The translations under genes and the position numbers were made by a program. A DNA stretch of 64,000 nucleotides from Octopus sinensis (taxonomy: Eukaryota): contig NC_043019.1 of the NCBI RefSeq assembly GCF_006345805.1, positions 22,753,360 through 22,817,359 of the forward strand, read 5' to 3'. The notes under the pieces were generated by a model. That model was given only the letters and a program-made list of their open reading frames with translations. It had not been told where the DNA came from and did not search any database. Shown one piece after another: positions 12,255-26,050 of this stretch. Within the stretch, counting starts at the first letter, position 1. Each line of letters opens with the position of its first letter.

Positions 12255-12317
<63 letters not shown>

Positions 12318-13138
12318 TATATATAATGTGTGTGTGTGTGTATGTATGTATATAATGATAATAGTAGGGAATATAATTCCAAAACTTACAGGGAAAAATT
12401 CAATTTAACAATTTTAAATCAAATTTCACAATAATATATGTATAAAATTTAGAGAAAAACCACTATTAAACAATTCAGTATTTACTACTATTTACTATTT
12501 ATTGTACTTTATTGATTTAGAATAAGGTTTTTTTATAGTATGTGTTTTCTATATGTGTGAATAACATCTTTCTTTATTGAATTGTTTAATAGTGGTTTTT
12601 CTCTAAATTTTATATATATATATGACTAGGTGTAGGCCATAAACCAAAAGAAAATGGTAAAAATAAGGAACATTTAATATATACATACATGTGTATGTGT
12701 GTGAAAATGAGCCCATGTATGTATGTGTGTGTTAAAACTAGAGTGTTTACATGTAAACATGTTCTAAATTAAACACTTCCACAGACACACATTTCATACA
12801 GTTTCTATTTTTGTAGAAGCAGACAAATGGAGAAAAAAAATCACTCTTTCCTTCTCTCTGCACAGTCAGAATGTAAATCCACAGGAATTCCTAATGCCAT
12901 GTCTATGATTCTGTCAGCATCACACATGGATTTACCAATGTTCCAGGCTTTCAACATAAACAATTAGATGGGCTGAGAAGGTCATGGCTACAGCATGGTT
13001 TTCGCACTTAACAGCACACACACACATATATATACAGAGAAAAATGTAGCCAAGCATGTGTGTGTGTGTGTATATAAAGTAAGACAGAGTACCTGTCACA
13101 CACACACACACATATATATATACACACACATACAAACA

Positions 13139-13920
13139 CATCATCATCATGATTTAACGTCTATTTTCCATGCTGGCATGGGTTGGACAGTTTGACTGAA
13201 GGATAGCAAACCATCCTTCCTGATCTGGCAAAGTTTCTACAGATGGATACCCTTCTTAATGCTAACCACTCTGAAAGTGTAGTGGGTGCTTTTTACGAGA
13301 CACCGGCATGAGGGCCAGTCAGGCAGTACTGGCATCGACCTCGCTTGAATGGTGCTTTTTACATGCCAACAGCACAGGAGCCAGTCAGCCAGCACTGGCA
13401 TTGACCATGCCCAAATGGTGCTTTTTACATGCCAATGGCATGGGAGCCAGTCAGGTGGCACTAGCATTGACCACACATTTTATGTGCCACCAGCACGGGT
13501 GTCAATCAGGCAGTACTATCATCAGCCACAACAATGACTTCATTTGACTCAACAGGTCTTTGCAAACACAGTTTATTGCTGAATGATTAAAAGGGGACTC
13601 TTAAATGGGCCAGTTATGCTGCACTGGCATAGGCCACGGTTACAGTCTCACTTGACTTGCTGGGTCTTCTCAAGCACAACATATCTCCAAAGGTCTTGGT
13701 CACTTGTCACTGCCTCCGTGAGGCCCAACATTTGAAGGTCGCGCTTCACCACCTCATCCCAGGTCTTCCTGGGTCTAGCTCTTCAACAGGTTCCCTCTAC
13801 TGCTAGAGTGTGACATTTTTTCACACAGCTGTCCTCATCCATACGCAACACATGACCATACCAGTGCAGTCGTCTCTCTTGCACACCACAGCTGATGCTT
13901 CTTATGTCCAACTTTTCTCT
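13139..13920 (-). mobile_element. RTE LINE 3' end with coding remnant and complete 3' UTR
   Basis: REKLDIRSISCGVQERRLHWYGHVLRMDEDSCVKKC...RPRKTWDEVVKRDLQMLGL; (GAT)n tail. Confidence 0.9.
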
Positions 13921-14530
13921 TAGTTGGCTTAATCTCTGTTGTGTATGCATACTGAAATTACACAGCTAGCGAAGCTCACTAGCTTCATTCCTTGCAAGGT
14001 TACACATGCTCAGCAGTCACACATTTGATAGAAGAGAGAGAGAGAGAGAGAGAGAGAAACAAAGAGAAACAATCAATGTTGCTCTGCTATTTTTGCACCC
14101 ATTCACCTGCTCTATACATAAGGAAAAACAAGAATAAAATAAATGTATTCTGAATACTAAAAACAAAAAAGAAAGACTAAAATATTTCCACTTGTAAAAA
14201 GCCGACTGAGAAGCCATAACCAGGTCACAGACATTACACTCCCACTTCCTCCACGACCACTTTACCTTTGCACAGGTACATAGTTTCATAATGTATCTCT
14301 ATACACACACACACATGTTGGTTTCAAATTTTGGCACAAGACTGGCAATTTAGGGGGAAGTTGCTTACATAATTCCGGATGTTCAAATGGCACTTAATTT
14401 ATTGACCCCACAAAAGGATTAAAGGCAAAGTTGACCTTGACGGAATTTTAATTTGTACTGTAAAGATGGACAAAATGCTGCTAAGTATTTTGCCTATCCT
14501 GCTAATAATTATCCCACCTCACCTCGTTTT

Positions 14531-14565
<35 letters not shown>

Positions 14566-14604
14566 ATGTATATATATGTGTGTGTGTGTGTGTATGTATA
14601 TATA

Positions 14605-14635
<31 letters not shown>

Positions 14636-14773
14636 ATATATATATGTGTGTGTGTGTATATAACACTAGCTGAATGATAACTAAATTATTTTAGTAAATT
14701 CTTTGTTATATTTAAAGTAATTGAAAGAAACACAGAGCTTCTCAAAATAAATACAGTAACAAAAGGGTTACTC

Positions 14774-14825
<52 letters not shown>

Positions 14826-14833
14826 GATTAACC

Positions 14834-14867
<34 letters not shown>

Positions 14868-14869
14868 GA

Positions 14870-15091
14870 TTAACCCTTTTGTTACTGTATTTATTTTGAG
14901 AAGCTCTGTGTTTCTTTCAATTACTTTAAATATAACAAAGAATTTAGTAAAATAATTTAGTTATCATTCAGCTAGTGTTAGGAACATAAATTGTGACTAA
15001 GGTTTGGTGGAAGATTTTAATTTAAATCTTATGGAAACAAGACATTTGTACTCAGAGCTGGTTTCAGCTGGGTTGGTAACGAAAAGGTTAA
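14870..15091. mobile_element. piggyBac-like MITE (second family)
   Basis: TTAA|CCCTTTTGTTAC ... GTAACGAAAAGG|TTAA termini. Confidence 0.7.
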
Positions 15092-15196
15092 GGAAGCAAA
15101 AGATGGATTTGGTATTAGTTTTTATTAGACTAATAAAGACTAATAGCAAATCCATCTTCCGTTTCCTTAACTGATTATTATTATCTCAACTATTTA

Positions 15197-15583
15197 TTCT
15201 TTTACTTGTTTCAGTCATTTGACTGCGGCCAAGCTGGAGCACCGCCTTTAGTCAAACAAATCAATACCAGGACTTATTCTTTGTTAGCCTAGTACTTATT
15301 CTATCGGTCTCTTTTGCCAAACTACTAAGTTACATGGATGTAAACACACCAGCATCAGTTGTCAAGCGATGTTGAGGAGACACACACAAACACACACACA
15401 TATATACATACATGTATATATACGACGGACTTCTTTCAGTTTCTGTCTACCAAATCCACTCACAAGGTTTTGGTTGGCCTGAGGATACAGTTGAAGACAT
15501 TTGCCCAAGGTGCCACACAGTGGGACTGAACCCAGGACCAGGTGGTTGGTAAGGAAGCTACTTACCACACAGCCACTTCTGCA
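15197..15583 (-). mobile_element. SINE family A
   Basis: Collinear with 5773-6209. Confidence 0.85.
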
Positions 15584-16550
15584 CATATATATATATATAT
15601 ATATAAAATATTATTAGAGACAAAACCACTATTTTGCAAAACAAACAAGGAAAGACTTAATCAATACATAAAATTTTAATAAATAGTCAAATAAATAGTT
15701 TTGTCTCTAATAATATTTTATAATATTTTACTATAAAATTGGATTTAATCCTAAATCTGATTTTTTCCCTGTAAATTTGGATTTATTCCCTAATATTTAT
15801 TATTATATATATATATAAATATATAAATAGAACAAAAATGCAATAGAGGGCATTAAAACATTCGGACAGATGAACAAGACAAAGGCTGACAAGAGAAACA
15901 ACAATTAGAAGGACAGGCAAAAAAGACGAGTCATTCTTGGCTGTCTTTCTTCAGTCAAGTACCAAAAGTCACGACCATTTCGGACAGTTACACTTGAGAT
16001 GGTTCAAGCCTATGGTCTTTGATAGAAAGGAACGAGGAAAGAAAATGGAGAGAGAAGAAACACATCTGGATTAACAGTTCCATGTAACACACACACACAC
16101 CAAAGACAACAGGTTTCTTGCAGTTTCCGTTTACCAATTTCACTGACAAGGAATTGGTTGTCCTGAGTCTGTAGTAGAAGACTGTTGCCCAAAGTGCCAC
16201 GCAGTGGGACTGAACCCAAAACTTTATGGTTGGTAACTAAAGTTCTTAACCACACAACCATGCCTGCACTTACACACACACACACACACACACACTCTCC
16301 CCCACTCCCTCTCTGCTTTCTTGTATTTTAATGTGCTGTGTGTTATTTATTGCTGAAATGAACTCTTGAACTTCAACATGGAAACTATGTCATGGTCGTC
16401 AGACATAAACACATCAGCAGCTGACGAAGACAGGAACTGACAATCTTGCACCTGAGCGTCTGATACTGTCAAATGCAGCTCACTGCTGATGAATGCAGAG
16501 AAATAATTGTCACCCTGTTGTCATCACCTCTCATCACAGACAGTAATACT

Positions 16551-16972
16551 TATTTCTTTATTACCCACAAGGGGCTAAACACAGAGGGGACAAACAAGGA
16601 CAGACATAGGTATTAAGTTGATTACATCGACCCCAGTGCGTAACTGGTACTTAATTTATTGACCCCGAAAGGATGAAAGGCAAAGTCGACCTCGGCGGAA
16701 TTTTAACTCACAACGTAAAGACAGACCAAATACCTATTTCTTTACTACCCACAAGGGCCTAAACACAGAGGGGACAAACAAGGACAGACATAGGTATTAA
16801 GTCGATTACATCGACCCCAGTGAGTAACTGGTACTTAATTTATCGACCCCGAAAGGATGAAAGGCAAAGTCAACCTCGGCGGAATTTGAACTCAGAACGT
16901 AGCGATAGACGAAATACGGCTACGCATTTCGCCCGGCGTGCTAACGTTTCTGCCAGCCCACCGCCTTGTATT
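16551..16972 (-). mobile_element. Dimeric SINE family B inserted as one unit
   Basis: 15-bp TSD ACAGACAGTAATACT at 16536-16550 and 16973-16987; second unit lacks the tRNA 5' half. Confidence 0.85.
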
Positions 16973-17261
16973 ACAGACAGTAATACTGCATGCACACACA
17001 CACATCCCCAGGTAAACAGAAGGGTGCAGCTAATACTTCAGTGCTAAGTGTGCATTAAACTACAGCAAGCAGAAATAATGAAAGGCAAATAGATGAAAAA
17101 GATGAAAGCACATATTCTACTTGTTTTAAGTTCAAACTGGCCAGATCTGGCCTCTTACACCTATCCTACAATATCATTTCAGAAATAAACAATCACACCA
17201 TTGAAATCCGAGAACTATGCTGTAATGCATGATTAATTGAAAAAAAAATGTGAATACATAA

Positions 17262-17645
17262 GCATGAGTGGCTGTGTGGTAAGTAGCTTGCTAATCAACC
17301 ACATGGTTCCGGGTTCAGTCCCACTGCGTGGCACCTTGGGCAAGTGTCGTCTGCTATAGCCCCGGGCCGACCAATGCCTTGTGAGTGGATTTGGTAGACG
17401 GAAATTGAAAGAAGCCTGTCGTATATATGTATATGTGTGTGTGTGTGTTTGTCCCCCTAGTATTGCTTGACAACCGATGCTGGTGTGTTTACGTCCCCGT
17501 CACTTAGCGGTTCGGCAAAAGAGACCGATAGAATAAGTACTGGGCTTACAAAGAATAAGTCCCGGGGTCGATTTGCTCGACTAAAGGCAGTGCTCCAGCA
17601 TGACCACAGTCAAATGACTGAAACAAGTAAAGGAGTAAAAGAGAG
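17262..17645 (+). mobile_element. SINE family A
   Basis: Head, CCTTGGGCAAGTG core, microsatellite and tail all present; an older copy follows at about 17650-18040. Confidence 0.85.
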
Positions 17646-19020
17646 TATTGCAGGTGCAATTGTGGTCATGTGATATGAAGCTTGCTTCTCGACTACATGG
17701 TTCCGGGTTCAGTCCCACAGCATGGCACCTTCGATAAGTGTCTTCTACTATAGCCTCAGGCTGACCAAAGCTTTGTGACTAGATTTGGTAGATGGAAACT
17801 GAAAGAAGCTCATCATATATGTATATATATTTATGTGTGTTTGTCCGTCCATCACTGCTTGACAACCGGTGTTGGTGTGTTTATGTCCCCATAACTTAGT
17901 AGTTCAGCAAAAGAGATTAATAGAATAAGTACCAGGCTTAAAAAATGTAAGTCCTGGGGGTGATTTGTTCAACTAAAACCCTTCAAGGCGGTGCTCCAGC
18001 ATGGCCACAGTCAAATGACTGAAACGAGTGAAAGAATATTTGATAGAGTAATCTGAATGCTACAGGGTTAAAATATTTAAACCCATCTGATTTGTCTGGA
18101 TTTTGGAAAGGAGTGTGTGTGTGTGTGGTGGGGGTGGGGTAGAACAGGACAACTTGTCTGCCCCTCACCACTTTTCCATCCTAACAGCTACCCCTTCCCA
18201 TGAGAGAGACAGACCAACAATCTCTGTCCATCCTTAGTTCACTGCATTTACCATTGTGAGAGGGTTAAGGGAAGAGTTGTACAACTCGGGTGTAACAAAT
18301 ATCAAGAAGGATTTTTGTTCTGAGGTGATGATAATGGCAATAGTGGTGGTAGCGGTGGTGATGGTGGTGGTGAAAGCAGTGGTAATGACAGTGATAACGA
18401 TGGTGATGATGTTGAATTGACAATTATTGCAAAACAAAAAAAGACAAAAAAAAAAAAAACAAATCCATATATGGAAGTCAATTTGTGGTAACATTTGTTT
18501 TTTGCATTTTTTTTTTTAATTCTTGTTTCATTGTTTTATCTCCACTGCCACAACCATCACCACCTTTTTTTTTTTTAGATATATATTTTACATAATGAAG
18601 CAAAGCCAATTATGTTTCAACCATCAAAATAACCAACCCAAAACAAAACAAAAACAAAGAAACTAAATTTAAATAAATTCCATTCTATTAGCCTCTTCTT
18701 ATGTTAAAAATCTGGTCGGTTATGCATAATTAATTTCACTAATTATTCATAAAAACTGTTTTCCTGGCCTTGCAATGATATGGCTCTTGTTTATCTACTT
18801 TCTCCTTATTACCATAAATCTATTTCTATTTAGATACGATACCAGTAAATCCAAGTCGGAGTTTATCTTATTTTGTTTTGTTAAAGTTGTTTAACTATTT
18901 TTTTTGTGGTGGCAGGGGAAAAAAGTTCTTGGATAGAAAAACAATAAATAATCTTTGAAAACTAGGAATTAAATGTTTATGGAGTGAAGTTTTATAGCAC
19001 TGTGTATGTATGTGTGTGGT

Positions 19021-19268
19021 GGGGGGTTACTGTTTGGGTTATAAAATAACACTAGACTGTGTGTGTGTGGGGGGGAGGTTTACTGTTTGGGTCATGAAAT
19101 AACACTAGACTGTGTGTGTGTGGGGGGGAGGTTTACTGTTTGGGTCATGAAATAACACTAGACTGTGTGTGTGTGTGGGGGGGAGGTTACTGTTTGGGTC
19201 ATGAAATAACACTAGACTGTGTGTGTGTGGGGGGGAGGTTTACTGTTTGGGTCATGAAATAACACTAG

Positions 19269-19300
<32 letters not shown>
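19021..19300. repeat. Minisatellite, five units of about 52 bp
   Basis: Unit GGGGGGAGGTTTACTGTTTGGGTCATGAAATAACACTAGACT(GT)n. Confidence 0.95.
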
Positions 19301-19303
<3 letters not shown>

Positions 19304-19837
19304 ATGCATGTTGTGTAGTGTGTGATGATGTGTGAGAGTGAATGAGCAAGTGTGAGTGAGTAGATAGTATGAGTGAAAGAAGAGCAAGTGTGAGTGAGCA
19401 AGGAAATGAGCAAGTATGGGTAAAGGAATGAGTGAGTGTGAGTGAGTGAATGAGTAAGAGTGACAGAAAATGAGTGTGTAGGTAATGCACATCCTGTGAA
19501 GGCATACAGTGTCATCGCATGGGCATCTGGCTCAACAACCCGTACATCAGAGGTTCAAGTCTCACACTGGACAAGCTGTTGTTTTTCTTGAGCAAGACAT
19601 TCATTTTCCATTGCTGTAGATCACAGTGGCAGAGGGAAGGGGCATAACCCCTACAATAGGCTGGGGCCCAATTAGAGAGAGAGAGAGAGAGAGTGAGAGA
19701 GAGAGAGACTTGTACTTTCAGGCACTTAGACACTGCAGAAACCAAGACACCCAGCCAAATGGACCTGCATAGCTCAGAACCGACTTTAATTGCATGAGGA
19801 TCCTGCAACATCACACTTTCAATTAGGTCCTTGCCTA

Positions 19838-20070
19838 AGATGGCAAGCTGGCAGAAATATTAGCATGCTGGGCGAAATGCCAAGTGGTATTTCATCTGCC
19901 GTTACATTCTGAGTTCAAATTCCACCAAGGTCGACTTTGCCTTTCATCCTTTCAGGGTTGATTAAATAAGTACCAGTTAATCACAGGGGTTGATATAATC
20001 GACTTAATCCCATTGTCTGTCCCTGTTTGTCGCCTCTATGTTTAGCCCCCTGTGGGTAATAAAGAAATAA
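19838..20070 (+). mobile_element. SINE family B
   Basis: Collinear with 10639-10870. Confidence 0.85.
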
Positions 20071-21116
20071 AAATTAATGTCCTTGCTTCTTTTTCTTATG
20101 AAAGCAGTAGTCTGTGGATTTTAAGGTAATTTAGCTGCTATTTCTAGCAGTGGCTGACTCCCTTGTTACCAAATACACTAACAATACTTATAAATATATT
20201 TATTTTACAAGGTTTCAATCTCTTGTCAGGTTTCTATCATATTAATGTCACGCTACTCTGAGGAGATAAAACAGCTTATAACTAGTTAAACAGATTAAAG
20301 AATCTTTTGCAAGAGAAAAAAAAAATTACTAGATATATTTGAATATAAAACAAGCCACAAAAAATAGATCTTTGAAATATTATTATTATCATCATAATCA
20401 TCATCGTTAGGTATTATTATTACTATCATAATTATCATTACTACAACTACTACCATCTTCAGATATTATTATCATCAACATTACTATTGCTGCTCCTCCA
20501 ACTATTATTATTATTAGTTATTTCCTTTAGGTTTTAAACAGTTTTATAGCTTTACTTTCGTGTTTCATTCTCTATTAATTATTTCATAATCTTGTTTATA
20601 AATCATAGCCATCACTTATGATTAGCTCTTAGACATGAAAGTGATTTGGATTCTAAGATCTTGCGTGCTTTGTGTAGTATAGCTAGTGGGTTATATTTTA
20701 CACACACACATGTTGATATAGGAAATGATAGGTTTAGAGATGGAAAAATAGATTGTATAGTTTAACCCTTTTGTTACCAACCTGGCTGAAACCAGCTCTG
20801 GCTCTCAGTACAAATGTCTTGTTTTCATAAGTTTTGAATTAAAATCTTCCACCAAACCCTAGTCATAGCTTTGAGATTTCAGTGATGTGAGTGTTTATTT
20901 TTAAAATGGCATTGTAGGGTAGGTGTGAGAGGCCATATTTGGTCAGTTTGTCAATGAAACAGGAAGAATATTTTGGTCAGATGTGGCTGGTTTAAATGCT
21001 AAAGGGCTAAAGGCATTCAAGAACCAGGTGGTGATGTTAAAATTCAAAGGTGGGTTAAGTCTCCCACCAAAGTGGACCATAGCAGGATTTGAACCAACAA
21101 TGTAATAAGAGAATGG

Positions 21117-21344
21117 TTAACCCATTAGCATCTAAACTGACCATATCCGATGAAAAGATTGTACCTGTTCTATGTTCACACTGATCAAATCCAGCCTTTT
21201 CAACCTCCCCTACAATGTCATTCTAAAAATAAACAATCACATCTTTAAAATTTCAAAGCTATAAGATAACTCATGATTAATTCAAAACTCTGTGAATAAA
21301 TAAGAATTATATTTGACTGAGTAATCAGAATACTAAAAGGTTAA
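21117..21344. mobile_element. piggyBac-like MITE
   Basis: TTAA|CCCATTAG ... CTAAAAGG|TTAA; same family as 25545-25741 and 52984-53212. Confidence 0.7.
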
Positions 21345-21733
21345 GGAATATAGTGAGAGTAAGGGTAAATCACAGAGAAAGTGGAGGTTTTTTTGTTTTT
21401 TTTCTTTTGCTTTTTTCTTAACCCCAGGTTTGGCTTTGGTTCCAAGCTGACCTCTGATCATCAAAGACATGTAAACTACAACCATGCTCTTTCCACTCCC
21501 ATCCCCACCCAACTTGGTATTGTGTACCTGGAATTATAATACCTAATGAGCCTCCTTTTTGGAAGATGAAAGGGTGTGGCTTGAGGATGGATTCAAGCAA
21601 GTCAAGCAGGCATGCAGCAGTTCCTAAATTGGTTCAAAGAATGGTAAACTGGATGATGTAAATAGAGGAGAAAAGAGGAAGGAAAAAGAAGGGAACAAAG
21701 TCTTGCAGCAAAGATGGGGGCAGATGCTAATGC

Positions 21734-21783
<50 letters not shown>

Positions 21784-22592
21784 CTTTATTTACCCTTAAG
21801 AGTTCACAAAAAAGCATAGGGGAATGGTACAGGACAATACAATGTGGGGGGTTACATAAATAGATAAGAAGATCTTAGCATTTAAATGCATAACAGAGAT
21901 AAGATGAAAGCAGTTAGGTAGGTAGGTAGGTATGATGAAGAACAACAACCAAAAGAATGGTAAATATAGAAAAATAATTTTTAAAATAGAGGTAAAAATG
22001 AAAAAAAAGGAATGCAAGAAAAAAGAAGTTAAAGAATTGGAAAATAAGAGTCTGTAGCAAGCGAGACAAGACAAAATATATATCTATATATATATGTGTG
22101 TGTGTGTGGTGAGGAGGGGTGGATTTCTATTAGTTATGATGATAAGGATTCTGTTGTTTGATCAACTGCATTACCCACTCTTGAATTAGCATATAAGTGG
22201 CTGAGTATTCCACAGACACATGTACCCTTACCCTTAATATAATTCTCAGGTAGGAGCAGTCTAACGCAATGTGTGACATGGCTGTATCTTTTGAATTACT
22301 GGTAGAATCCACCTGACAGGCTTCGACATAGTTTCCATCAATCTGATATCACTCACAAAGTGTAAGTCAACTCGAAGATGTAGAAAACGACATTTATATT
22401 TATGTAAGCAGTCATAGAATGAGATTGAACTTGAAACCTCATAGTTGCAAAATGAACTTCTGAATCATTTGGCCATAGGGCTTCCTTACTCACACACACA
22501 CACATGGATGGACGGAGAGAAAGAATGGTGTTTAAATGTCAGAAATACACAAAGAAAAAGAATGGACACATCACACACCCACACATACAGAG

Positions 22593-22628
<36 letters not shown>

Positions 22629-22796
22629 GTGTGTGTATATATACACACACACACACACATTGAGACAGCTGTACATACAAATACAGACAGACAAAGACAC
22701 AGTCACACATTCATGGACAATCATAAAAATATAGTTAAACAGTTGTACACAAAGACACGCAATCATGAAGAAGCACACACAGAGTGAAACATGTAC

Positions 22797-23190
22797 ACAC
22801 TCAGAGACAGCCATTCAGACATACACACACACACTCAGACACTTGTATGCATAGATGCACACACACACACACACAGTCATACATGTACACAGTAGTACAC
22901 ATCCGCACACATACATAATCATACATTTACACACTCAGAGACAGCCATACAGACACACACACACACACACACTTGTATGCGTAGACGGACACACACAAAG
23001 TCATACATGTACACAGTAGTACACATCCGCACACATACATAATCATACATTTACACACTCAGAGATAGCCATACAGACACACACACACTCAGACACTTCT
23101 ATGCATAGAAGGACACACACAAAGTCATACATGTACACAGTAGTACACATCCACACACATACGTAATCATACATACACACACACACAAAC
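22797..23190. repeat. Tandem repeat, three units of about 120-130 bp (CA-rich)
   Basis: Recurring CTCAGAGACAGCCAT...GTCATACATGTACACAGTAGTACACATCC. Confidence 0.9.
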
Positions 23191-23768
23191 AGTCGTACAT
23201 ACACACACACACACATGTGCACAGCTGGTGCAATGCAGATTGCTGATGATTATCTCAAAGTAATAAAATCATCTGTCATTGAGTCAATTAGATAACAACA
23301 ACAACAACAGCAAAATACGAAAATAATGACAAAAATATTAAGGCAACAACAAAAACATTAACTCTACAACAACAACAACAACAACAACAACGAGCATAAG
23401 ATATTAAAACAACATTAAAGCAAGCAACTTTATTATAGAAAAATCTCAATAAACAATTTTCAATTTGTCTGGAAAATGTTCCTAGTTGTGATGTTGCTGT
23501 CATGATAACTGCTGGTGTTGTTGTTGTTGTTATAACTAATTGAAATCGTTGTTGTGGTTGGTGTTGTAGTCCCTTATTTAACTAACTAACCCTAACCTTA
23601 ATTTCATCCAATTGGTCAAAAAAGGCATCAACATTACTGGGCTACTGTCTTGTGCCTAAAACTTGAAATCATAACTAGCTTCCTTCGGATATTGGGCTTC
23701 ACTGAAGAACACATTGCATTACAAGGAACTAAAGAAGGAATGACAGCACCACCCCAAAAGAGAAACAC

Positions 23769-23894
23769 TCCAGCCAAGTGTGTTTTCATGTTAGGGAACA
23801 GACAATAATCAGATGGGGCCAAATCAGGAGAATAAGGTGAGTGATCACCCAGCTCAAAGCCAATGTCATGCACAGCAGCCACTGAAAGCAAGGA
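23769..23894 (-). mobile_element. Mariner transposase remnant
   Basis: AAVHDIGFELGDHSPYSPDLAPSDYCLFPNMKTHLAG matches the mariner HPPYSPDLAPSD motif. Confidence 0.9.
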
Positions 23895-23918
23895 CTCAGA
23901 GTTTCTGAGACTGGTGGT

Positions 23919-24219
23919 TGTTGTTGTTGTTTGTTCCTTCTCGAGCCATGCCTGGCTCATAAGGGCCGGTTTTCCGGTTTCCTTGGTGTATAGGTTCCCC
24001 ACCTGGATGGGACGCTGGTCCGTCGCAGGTGAGCTGCAAGATGCAGGAGGAAAGAGTGAGAGAAAGGTGTGGCGGAAGAGTCAGCAGAAGTTTTGCCATT
24101 ACCTTCTGCCAGAGCCGCGTGGAGCTCATAAACACACACATCGTCCAGTCTGAGATTCGAACCCGCGATCCCTCGACCGCAAGTCTGCTGCTCTAACCAC
24201 TAGGCCATGTGCCTCCACG
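23919..24219 (-). mobile_element. tRNA-headed SINE with V-domain-like centre
   Basis: Head GGAGGCACATGGCCTAGTGGTTAGAGC; centre CTGCGACGGACCAGCGTCCCATCCAGGTGGG; 8-bp TSD CTGGTGGT. Confidence 0.85.
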
Positions 24220-25544
24220 CTGGTGGTACAGAAGGAAGCTTCCTTAAACAAGAGCCCTGGCTTGAATGCTTGCAACAGAGTGGACTCAACTGCTGAAAGT
24301 ACCCAAGGGTGCCAGGTAGTGGCTTTAAACAAGACAATGGATGAAACTCTGAGTAACAGGTTTTGTTGAATTTCTGCTGCTTTTAAATAAAGTATATATG
24401 TGTGTGTGTGTGTGAGTGTATTTCTGTATATGTTAGAGGTTGAGAAACCAACTAATGGATAGTACCTACCCAATATACTGTTGGTAGTAGTGTACCCAAT
24501 TATTCATACCCAAGTGCTAATTACTGCATGGCAATCTTGCAGCTGGATGCTATATATGGGTGGGGGTAACAGGTGGTTTACCCTTAATTTATACGACAAA
24601 TTTGCTGTATATATACACACATACACACACACACGCACATGTAAATATATATTCACCTACATATAAATGCATGTATATAGACACATACATAAAATAACTA
24701 CATTAATACCGTGTGGTAAGAGGTTGCTTGAAAATATGGTAACAAGTTCAGTCCCACTGCATGGCACCTTAGAAAAGTATCTTGTACTATAGCCTCAGGC
24801 CAACCAAAGCCTTGTGAGTGGATCTAGTAGAGGGAAACTGAAAGAAACCTGCTGCATGTGTGTGTGTATATATATATGTATGTATAGAGTGGAACCTTAA
24901 AAACATTCTGCATACACACACACACACATTTATATATAAAATGCTTGAGTCTATCTTCAAGTTTGCCTCTTGCTACTGCTTGCCAAACAATGATTTGTTT
25001 ACAACCCCATAACTTAGCAGTCCAGTGTAAGATGCTGACTGAATATGTACCAAGCTTTAAAAATCAGTACTGGGGTCGGGTTGCTCAACTAAAGCCTTCA
25101 AGGCAGCACCCCAGCATGGCCACAAACAAATGAGTAAAAGATAAACGACAAATACATATTACAGAATGTATTGGGTGTTTCTTATGTGGCACCAGCACCG
25201 GTGGAGGTCACTAAGTATCTTGGAAGACAAAAGCCCTTCGACTGGGAGGAGGAGTATTGAGAGAGGTTTTGTACCAGTTGATAACAAGTTAAAAAAGTAT
25301 AACAGAGGGACAGAGATAGGTGTCTCACTGAATGGAATACATGGCTACCCCAGTTGGAAGAGAGAGAGAGAGAGAGAAATATATATATATACGCACATAC
25401 ACATACATAAATACATACATGCATATATACATATATACAGGGTGGCCACCGAAAAACTGAAGGGTTTGAAAATGTCAAACCTTGTTCATTTTCAATTTTT
25501 TTCTTTTCTTTTTTTTTTGCATGTTATAGAACATCCCTTTGAGA

Positions 25545-25741
25545 TTAACCCTTTAGTGTTCAGGTTATTCTATCAAATGTAACATTAATTTATTCACATT
25601 GTTTTGAATTAATTATGCGTTATCTCACATCCTTGAGATTTTGATGATGTGATTGTTTAATTGTGGGGTAGGTGTGAGAGCCTGAATCTGAACATAAAAC
25701 AGATGGAAAATTTTGGCTGGACATGGCCAGTAAAGGGTTAA
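25545..25741. mobile_element. piggyBac-like MITE
   Basis: TTAA|CCCTTTA ... TAAAGGG|TTAA. Confidence 0.75.
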
Positions 25742-25859
25742 AATGGCTATGTATGATGTCCAGCAATGAGTAAAACTCATTGACTTTTCTATTCCAGTGA
25801 AAGATCAATTATTCAGATTCAGAGAAAATATTGGCAACAATATACACATACATATGTAT

Positions 25860-26050
25860 ATATTTATAAACATGGAAATACATACATACGTATATATTTA
25901 TAAACATATAAACACATACATACATACGTATATATTTATAAACATGTAAACACATACATACATACGTATATATTTATAAACATATAAACACATACATACA
26001 TATGTATATATTTATAAATGTGTAAACATACATATATACATACATACATA
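25860..26050. repeat. About 35-bp TA/CA-rich tandem repeat
   Basis: Recurring CATACATACGTATATATTTATAAACAT. Confidence 0.85.

Noticed and set aside
18234-18494. Thr/Ile-rich ORF and ACAATG|GTAAAT possible donor
   Set aside because: Degenerate trinucleotide repeat; no acceptor or homology, and splicing to 3960 would give only a 12-codon ORF.
19021-19300. CRISPR-like repeat array
   Set aside because: Inter-repeat sequence is variable-length (GT)n rather than unique spacers; eukaryotic context; no cas genes.
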